DNA of 55,965 nucleotides from a virus. Below the pieces are notes generated by a model. The model made no database searches. It was not told the origin of the DNA and saw nothing but the letters and a program-made list of their open reading frames with translations. This document shows, one piece after another, positions 50,580 through 55,965 of the stretch. Both the position numbers and the translations under genes were made by a program. Every line of letters starts with the position of its first letter. Position 1 is the first letter of the stretch. The stretch is taken from the IMG/VR virus record IMGVR_UViG_3300027872_000003, positions 1 to 55,965 of that record. One strand, 5' to 3'.

Positions 50580-51389
50580 TTAGCATATTTCGACAGGTCC
50601 ACCGGCAACGCCAGCTATTGATATTTCACCACCAGCAACAGCGGAAACATTGAACGCTCCACCGGCAATCGCTGCGATCGTAAAGCCACCTTCCAGGCAA
50701 TGCTTTTTCAGTGCTGATATAACGTCGCCGATACCGGCCATTACTGCGCTTTGTGATACCAGTGATCCGGTTCCGACTATTCCTACAGAGCCAGTGCCGT
50801 TAGTGGTCGCTGATTGAGATTGTAGCACACCGGAGCCGGTCTTTTCGATTTCACCAGTGCCGTTAGTTGTTGCAGACTGTGATATTAAATCACCAGAACC
50901 GAGAATTATTCCACCGACGGAGCCGCTGCCTGCTGTTGTCGCGCTTTGGGAAACGAGCGCGCCCGATCCAGTCTTGATTATTTCTGCATCACCAGAGGTG
51001 CTTGCGCTTTGGGAGATCAGGGCCCCGGAACCCGTCTTCTCGACTTCTGCTGTTCCGTTCGTTGTGGCAGATTGGGAAATTAATGTACCGGATCCAGTCT
51101 TTACAATATCAGCGGTACCTGAAGTTGTGGCAGATTGCGATACGAGAGCACCAGAGCCAGTTTTGACAATCTCTGCTGTGCCGCTGGTTGATGCTGATTG
51201 AGAGAGTAATGCGCCAGAACCGGTCTTTTCAATTTCGGCTGTGCCGTTTGTTGTTGCGCTTTGTGAGGCAAGTGCTCCGGAACCTGTTATTCCAGCGACA
51301 ATTGTAGAATTAAACTGTGCCCCTCCGTAAATACCAAGACCTGTACCGGTTGAATTTATCCGTTTGCCACCAGCAACTAAAATTCCCAT
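50580..51389 (-). CDS. tandem 21-residue-repeat protein (fibre/solenoid-like, 269 aa)
   Basis: Nine units of TGSGALxSQSATTxGTAEIxK, then xAGGxxxI repeats. Shares ATGA with the upstream gene. Confidence 0.6.
   Translation of the reverse strand: MGILVAGGKRINSTGTGLGIYGGAQFNSTIVAGITGSGALASQSATTNGTAEIEKTGSGALLSQSASTSGTAEIVKTGSGALVSQSATTSGTADIVKTGSGTLISQSATTNGTAEVEKTGSGALISQSASTSGDAEIIKTGSGALVSQSATTAGSGSVGGIILGSGDLISQSATTNGTGEIEKTGSGVLQSQSATTNGTGSVGIVGTGSLVSQSAVMAGIGDVISALKKHCLEGGFTIAAIAGGAFNVSAVAGGEISIAGVAGGPVEIC
50721..51287 (-). repeat. in-frame 63-nt tandem repeats (coding)
   Basis: Five exact 21-aa periods, then four irregular units. The DNA copies appear to be more diverged than the peptide copies (judged by eye). 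Confidence 0.85.
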
Positions 51390-52789
51390 TATGACACCGT
51401 ATAAACGGCATCGGCGTACATGGTTCCCGCAAGCGACGGAATGGCGACGTACATCATAACTTTAGGAACGCTGTCAGCGCCATTGGAGATAGCTAGATCA
51501 ATCCGATATTCATTGTGTCCTGTAAGATCAGAAACCCCGTTTTTCCACGTTACACTCCCACTATCATCGGTAAGGGTTGTTCCTGCTGCGAGTATATCCG
51601 TGTTTCTTGAGCTGACGTAGTTCCATAGGTTTTTGGTAGTATTGTCGGGATTCTGTACAACTATCCATATTTCCGCGTCAGTTGCCGTTGTCGCTGTTGG
51701 CAGCACAAGCCTTACTGTCAAAGTGTCTTCTGCTGCGGTATCTAGTTTTGCTCTGCGTGGAATAATTTCAAAGGCGAAAGGATTTGCAATAGAACAGTTT
51801 GCAGTCGTGGTAACTTTTAGACTGGTTTTCTCACCCGATATTTCATAAGGCTGAGTTTCGTCAAGGTGGATTCCTGCGCTATCCTGATCTTCTGAGACCC
51901 CTAGCCACCTTTTTCTAGATGCTTGGTACTCTGCCGCCGCTGCCGCGGATGATGAGTTAGTAACGTTCATTACGTGACCAGGAGAGCTAAACGCTTCCTC
52001 GGAAAACCCCGTTAAACTTGCGCTTAATTTACACCCGTTTATATTAACTTCAAAATTGTCATCTACGGTATAAGCTGATCCAGTGTCTGCCAGCAAAAAG
52101 CCGTCTATATCGGTCAAATCGACACCGTTCATCTCAACAGTCATGCCTCCATTAGCGGCACTGGAGCCACCTATTAGGTCGGCAATAGCCCCTGTAGTGG
52201 CAGTGATAGCACCTCCTGTCATTTCAAAGCGGGGATTGCCAAGAATTTGCATTACGTGGTTTGCGGTTCCAGCCTCAAAAACAATATCTGTATTGTTTAA
52301 CTGTAAGACAGTTGCATCACCTTGAATATTTATTCTGTCGCCAGATCCTGTAAACGATAACACTCCGTCATACATTATCAAAGCCGTACCGGGGAGGTTC
52401 ATTTCTAGTTCGTCTTCAATTACATAAGTCACGCCGTAGGAGATATTTCTCCCACCAGTAGTGCTTATAGAAAAATCAAGCCCCGCTGCCGTTCGCTCTA
52501 TTGCTCCGGGCGAATACTGATCGGAATTAGCATCGCTTACAGAGACAACGAAGGCTGGAACCTCCGCAACATCAAAACTTTCAATGTCTCCCGCGCTAGT
52601 AAAATCACTGACATCAGAGATGATAATAAAATCCCCTGTGGTGGGGATAGTGGTCGCGCCCCTTGCTGCCTGAGTACTTGGGTAATAGTTCGCTGCACCT
52701 CTTGTGGCAAACGACCCAGTAGGCTGAACTGTTACGCGCCCGCCGTCACCTGTGGCAGAGCCTCCGCTTTTAACCCAATACCAAGCCAT
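51389..52789 (-). CDS. beta-helix / tailspike-like protein candidate (466 aa)
   Basis: N-terminus MAWYWVKSGGSATGDGG resembles starts of right-handed beta-helix proteins. Gly/Thr/Ser/Asn-rich. Confidence 0.4.
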   Translation of the reverse strand: MAWYWVKSGGSATGDGGRVTVQPTGSFATRGAANYYPSTQAARGATTIPTTGDFIIISDVSDFTSAGDIESFDVAEVPAFVVSVSDANSDQYSPGAIERTAAGLDFSISTTGGRNISYGVTYVIEDELEMNLPGTALIMYDGVLSFTGSGDRINIQGDATVLQLNNTDIVFEAGTANHVMQILGNPRFEMTGGAITATTGAIADLIGGSSAANGGMTVEMNGVDLTDIDGFLLADTGSAYTVDDNFEVNINGCKLSASLTGFSEEAFSSPGHVMNVTNSSSAAAAAEYQASRKRWLGVSEDQDSAGIHLDETQPYEISGEKTSLKVTTTANCSIANPFAFEIIPRRAKLDTAAEDTLTVRLVLPTATTATDAEIWIVVQNPDNTTKNLWNYVSSRNTDILAAGTTLTDDSGSVTWKNGVSDLTGHNEYRIDLAISNGADSVPKVMMYVAIPSLAGTMYADAVYTVS

Positions 52790-53298
52790 TATCCACCCCT
52801 CACAATATCAGCATCGCGCAGGGCTTCAAACGCCGTGATATTCGCACTATTGCTATCCAAAAGAGTGTAGCGAGTCGTCATAGTATCCCATTGATTATCT
52901 GTGATATTTAATTGAGCTTTGATTTGTGCGACTGTCCATCCTTGATTAGTTCGGAAATCATTGAATCGTTTCAGTTTGTGATAGGCAATTATTGAATCAT
53001 CTTCACGCATCGCATTTTCTAGATACGCTATTGCGCGCTGTTGCATTGTTGATTCACCCGCATCAGTCTCGATTAACTGGTCTGAGTGGTAGGCGTTCTC
53101 AGCGTCACGCTCCTGCTGTCGTTCTTCAGCTTCGGGGATGAGAGATTGTGCAAAGGTCAAAGCAGATGCCTTATCAATACCGGCATTCCGCAGCGGCCTC
53201 TGACGAACAAGACCACTGGCAAACGTATATTTCACATGAGCGCGATTGCCACCAGCGTGGAGCGTGAAGTTTAATATCTCAGTGTTGACTATCGGCAT
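52789..53298 (-). CDS. hypothetical protein (169 aa)
   Basis: ORF sharing ATGA with the downstream gene. Confidence 0.5.
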   Translation of the reverse strand: MPIVNTEILNFTLHAGGNRAHVKYTFASGLVRQRPLRNAGIDKASALTFAQSLIPEAEERQQERDAENAYHSDQLIETDAGESTMQQRAIAYLENAMREDDSIIAYHKLKRFNDFRTNQGWTVAQIKAQLNITDNQWDTMTTRYTLLDSNSANITAFEALRDADIVRGG

Positions 53299-53314
53299 GC
53301 TTCACCTCAAATAA

Positions 53315-53683
53315 TTAAGGCGCCGCAGTATACGTCAGCGCACTCATTGAAACGGTATCGCCAACACCAACAACTAGGCTGGAAAGGTTGATATCGCCGC
53401 CTGACGTGAGGACATTACCGAGAACGACAGCGCCGCCTAGATTCGCCTGTATTTCGAATTGTGCGACAGTACCGCCAGTGGCATTAGTATCGTCCGAAAT
53501 CGCAGAAAATGTCAGCACTGCTCCGCTAACAGAGCCTGCAGGATCGGATAATGCGAGCGTGGCAACTTCGGCTGCGCCTGCTGTTTGGAATTCAAGATTT
53601 CCGGCGCCAACATCAACATCGATATCATCAAGTACGGCGTTGGCCAGGGAGGTTCGTGTGGTAGTGGAGTGCGTAACGGCCAT
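53315..53683 (-). CDS. hypothetical Ala/Gly/Thr-rich protein (122 aa)
   Basis: ORF in the same module. Confidence 0.5.
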   Translation of the reverse strand: MAVTHSTTTRTSLANAVLDDIDVDVGAGNLEFQTAGAAEVATLALSDPAGSVSGAVLTFSAISDDTNATGGTVAQFEIQANLGGAVVLGNVLTSGGDINLSSLVVGVGDTVSMSALTYTAAP

Positions 53684-53694
53684 GATTTTATCCT

Positions 53695-53865
53695 TTAAGC
53701 GTTTTTGCTCGGTTGAATATTCTGGTTTCGTTCTTCGTTGATTTGCTGCTGTTCGTTGGCGGTAAGCATAGACCAGTGCTCTGGCTGAATATTGTTGATA
53801 TTATCAAAGCGCGGCTTTCCGTTCTTGTCTCGAACAATCCCGAAGCCCTTATATTTTCCAGGCAT
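53695..53865 (-). CDS. hypothetical protein (56 aa from MPGKYKGF)
   Basis: ATG at 53865 follows GAGG. The ORF-track start at 53907 is a TTG. Confidence 0.4.
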   Translation of the reverse strand: MPGKYKGFGIVRDKNGKPRFDNINNIQPEHWSMLTANEQQQINEERNQNIQPSKNA

Positions 53866-53954
53866 GATCTTTACCTCGTTGGTTTCAATTCGGAAAGTAT
53901 AGCGCAATCTATTTGAGGGTGGTAGTTGTTGGATATTTTAGTATTCATGGACAC

Positions 53955-53986
53955 AAAAAAAGCCCGGTATCAAATCGGGCTTTTTC
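53955..53986 (-). terminator. strong rho-independent terminator (symmetrical A-run / T-run, bidirectional in form)
   Basis: AAAAAA-AGCCCG-loop-CGGGCT-TTTTT. Ends the replication/early minus-strand operon. Confidence 0.8.
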
Positions 53987-54026
53987 TTATTCGTAACTCT
54001 TTCGAGTAATTTCTCTTTTTAGGTGA

Positions 54027-54221
54027 TTAGCCACGATCAATCCGAACGAGGCCAATGAGTATTCCCTGGGATTCCGAATTGCCTGCAATAGCATTGTCCA
54101 CGTCTGCCGCAATATCGTCGATAGATTCGAGTATCTTGTTCGTTGCCAGCATTCGCTCGTTCAGTGATTGCTTGGCGCACATTATTTTAATCTGCTTTTT
54201 TAATTGCTCGATTTTGTTCAT
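54027..54221 (-). CDS. hypothetical protein (64 aa)
   Basis: Last ORF before the terminator. Confidence 0.45.
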   Translation of the reverse strand: MNKIEQLKKQIKIMCAKQSLNERMLATNKILESIDDIAADVDNAIAGNSESQGILIGLVRIDRG

Positions 54222-54293
54222 GTTGCCTCCGGATAAAAATCAAGTATCGCACGAAAATTGGCAGAAAAGTGCTTTGTTACAGAATGGTAATAA

Positions 54294-54422
54294 TCACTCC
54301 TTAACAAACCCATCAGCAGTGAAATAGCCTATCTCCTGGCCACGGGTGAATATCCCTTCGCCGTCATGATGCCACCCCATCGAGGCGCAGCGGTCTATTT
54401 GTGTTTGAGTTGGCTTAGTCAT
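54294..54422 (-). CDS. hypothetical small protein (42 aa)
   Basis: Hand translation: MTKPTQTQIDRCASMGWHHDGEGIFTRGQEIGYFTADGFVKE. ATGA overlap with the upstream stop. Confidence 0.35.
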   Translation of the reverse strand: MTKPTQTQIDRCASMGWHHDGEGIFTRGQEIGYFTADGFVKE

Positions 54423-54655
54423 TTTTGGGCGCCCTTCGTTTGTGGCAGGGGTGGGTTATTGCCGCAAATTGGCTTTACGCCGTTACATGAATTAATGAAT
54501 CTACAATTATCAAACACTCGCCCTCCGTGTTCAGCCCTATCAAAACAGATCGGCACTTTAGTTGTCAGTGCCGTGTGCTGTCTATGACATGCTGGGCTAT
54601 GCCCTACCCCATCTACTGCGTTACAGTGCTCGCCTTTACACTCGATCACAATCAC
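54419..54655 (-). CDS. hypothetical Cys-rich protein (78 aa)
   Basis: ORF coupled to its neighbours. Eight Cys residues. Confidence 0.45.
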   Translation of the reverse strand: MIVIECKGEHCNAVDGVGHSPACHRQHTALTTKVPICFDRAEHGGRVFDNCRFINSCNGVKPICGNNPPLPQTKGAQK

Positions 54656-54837
54656 TCTCCTTGTTTAAAAATATCATCAATAATAGGCTCTTCGCATTCT
54701 TCATAGCCGCGATAGGATGTCTCGCCGGTATCAAGATTTACAACTCTAGCCAATTCTTTATCGCTAACATCCTCTAGGACGCAAGCTCTGAAGGTTTCCT
54801 CACCTTCGGGATAAACATCTAAAATTTGGCCCTTCAT
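54652..54837 (-). CDS. hypothetical acidic protein (61 aa)
   Basis: ORF coupled to the downstream gene. Confidence 0.45.
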   Translation of the reverse strand: MKGQILDVYPEGEETFRACVLEDVSDKELARVVNLDTGETSYRGYEECEEPIIDDIFKQGE

Positions 54838-54906
54838 ATTATTCTCCTTTAGCCCTATGCTTTCTAAGCGTTGATTTGAGTCTTTGCACGTCCTTGTGCG
54901 TGATAG

Positions 54907-55347
54907 TTATTCAGTGTCGTTGTCGTAATCGTTATCAGTATCGGTCGCTGAAAAGTTGAATAGATCAGACTGGAATCCAACATTAACGCTCTCAATGCAC
55001 TTGATAAAAGCGGCATCGAGCTCGGCCAACTTGTGTTCGTCAGTCGTGAATCGAACGAAAGCCATTCTTGCCGCCTTCCTGGGAATTCCAACTTTAGGAA
55101 AGCGTGAAAATAACTCGTTTGACCGATCGTTCAACGAATCCCGTTCTTGCTGTATCTCAACGAGCTCATCGAATATTTCTTTTACAAAGGAGCTTTTTAC
55201 AGCCTTGAGTTTATCTTTGTTAATTTGAAGCACCTTTGCCTTGTCCGGTATCTGGTCGGTGCCCGTTGGCGTTATTGCCGTGTTCTGGTTTTTTTCGAGC
55301 TCTTCTCGAGCAATTTGAACTACGCTCATATTCTCATCCTTAGCCAT
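54907..55347 (-). CDS. GapR-like / DUF2312-like DNA-binding protein (tentative)
   Basis: ELVEIQQERDSLNDRSNELFSRFPKVGIPRKAARMAFVRFTTDEHKLAELDAAF parallels the DUF2312 pattern IERIERLEEEKK...DIKEVYAEAKG.GFD.KALR.VVRLR..D..E..E.E. Confidence 0.4.
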   Translation of the reverse strand: MAKDENMSVVQIAREELEKNQNTAITPTGTDQIPDKAKVLQINKDKLKAVKSSFVKEIFDELVEIQQERDSLNDRSNELFSRFPKVGIPRKAARMAFVRFTTDEHKLAELDAAFIKCIESVNVGFQSDLFNFSATDTDNDYDNDTE

Positions 55348-55361
55348 AATAAACCTCTCGG

Positions 55362-55547
55362 TTAGTGTGTTGGACCCATTAGGGCCCGGTTGGTATCCTG
55401 AATGAAACGGTAAATCTCGTTCCTTTCGGAATTCGTCAGATCAATTTTCTTTTCATGTTCGGCAACTGTCATTGCGTCCAAATATTTATAGACCTCCGTT
55501 TTCGTGGTCATGTGGAATAGGACTTGTTTCATCATATCGACTTTCAT
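55362..55547 (-). CDS. hypothetical protein (61 aa)
   Basis: ORF, 4-nt overlap with the upstream gene. Confidence 0.45.
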   Translation of the reverse strand: MKVDMMKQVLFHMTTKTEVYKYLDAMTVAEHEKKIDLTNSERNEIYRFIQDTNRALMGPTH

Positions 55548-55965
55548 TTCTGCCAGTACCTATAAGCCATTTTGCGACCAATTTGATATTTGTGATTCTC
55601 GCTGATTTTACGCTTGTGGAGTAGCAGCGCTGATTTCTTTTCATGGACCCTCACAATTCCGTTTCTGTCGGTTCTGGCAACATACAGGCCTGCGTAATGG
55701 GGAATATTTACTTTTTCCTCCAGTTCTTCTGGAATCAGGAACGAGAAATAATTACTGTGATTTAATCCTTCGATTAGGCAGTCATGCTTTGGCCGAACAG
55801 TGTAATTTTTATAGCTATGCGGTCCAATCTGTTCGAACCCATCCTGAACGCTAACCGTCTTTCTGAAATCAGCCTGGAAGTCTGCCTTGCTGGTCTTTAT
55901 TTCAATCTCGTCGACATACCCGCTTTTACGTATTGCAATAATATCCATTTCGTTAAACTGCCAAT
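55544..55965 (-). CDS. MmcB-like PD-(D/E)XK nuclease-fold protein; 5' end runs off the window and continues at 1-194
   Basis: DIIAIRKSGYVDEIEIKTSKADF (D...ExK core) and NYFSFLIP motifs. The frame stays open to the window edge. Confidence 0.5.
   Translation of the reverse strand, partial: WQFNEMDIIAIRKSGYVDEIEIKTSKADFQADFRKTVSVQDGFEQIGPHSYKNYTVRPKHDCLIEGLNHSNYFSFLIPEELEEKVNIPHYAGLYVARTDRNGIVRVHEKKSALLLHKRKISENHKYQIGRKMAYRYWQK
55839..55965. repeat. Second copy of the 127-bp terminal direct repeat
   Basis: Identical to 1-127. Confidence 0.95.

Noticed and set aside
50721-51287. 63-nt tandem periodicity as a CRISPR-like array or satellite.
   Set aside because: There are no unique spacers. The period is in frame within a 269-aa ORF. 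The copies are conserved at the protein rather than the DNA level.

Overview
The window is a complete dsDNA tailed-phage genome. Its two ends are an identical 127-bp direct repeat (1-127 = 55839-55965), so the unique length is 55,838 bp, either circularly closed or terminally redundant. One gene crosses the junction.

Layout:
- Minus-strand replication and early block (54027-55965, wrapping to 1-2701): MmcB-like nuclease, GapR-like protein, DnaB-family helicase, replisome organizer with internal iteron-like repeats, Cro-like HTH.
- Small mixed early block (2803-7091): Gp49-like protein, RuvC-like resolvase, stand-alone LexA DNA-binding-domain protein.
- Long plus-strand block (7227-20285): RecE/DUF3799-like exonuclease, NinB-like protein, YbcO/DUF1364-like protein, HD-domain small alarmone hydrolase, ASCH-like protein, ThyX, and many Cys-rich mini-proteins.
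- About 30 kb of minus-strand late genes (20257-50197): small and large terminase, portal, Mu-F-like protein, HK97-type protease and capsid, connector proteins, contractile sheath and tube, frameshifted chaperone, tape measure, Mu-like baseplate (gp43-48 analogues), fibres, and a lysis cassette.
- A separate fibre or beta-helix-like module (50238-53865).

No integrase, excisionase, CI-type repressor, DNA polymerase, rRNA, canonical tRNA or CRISPR array was recognised. The lipobox lipoprotein, spanin-like gene and CTGT..ACAG-type boxes suggest a Gram-negative host; this is inference.

The most unusual feature is a 1.1-kb ORF-free, helix-rich region (14237-15348). It has T-loop hairpins and tRNA-shaped modules and looks like one or more large structured non-coding RNAs. 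A putative counter-defence gene cluster follows it directly.

All protein calls come from reading motifs by eye. No database search was run.
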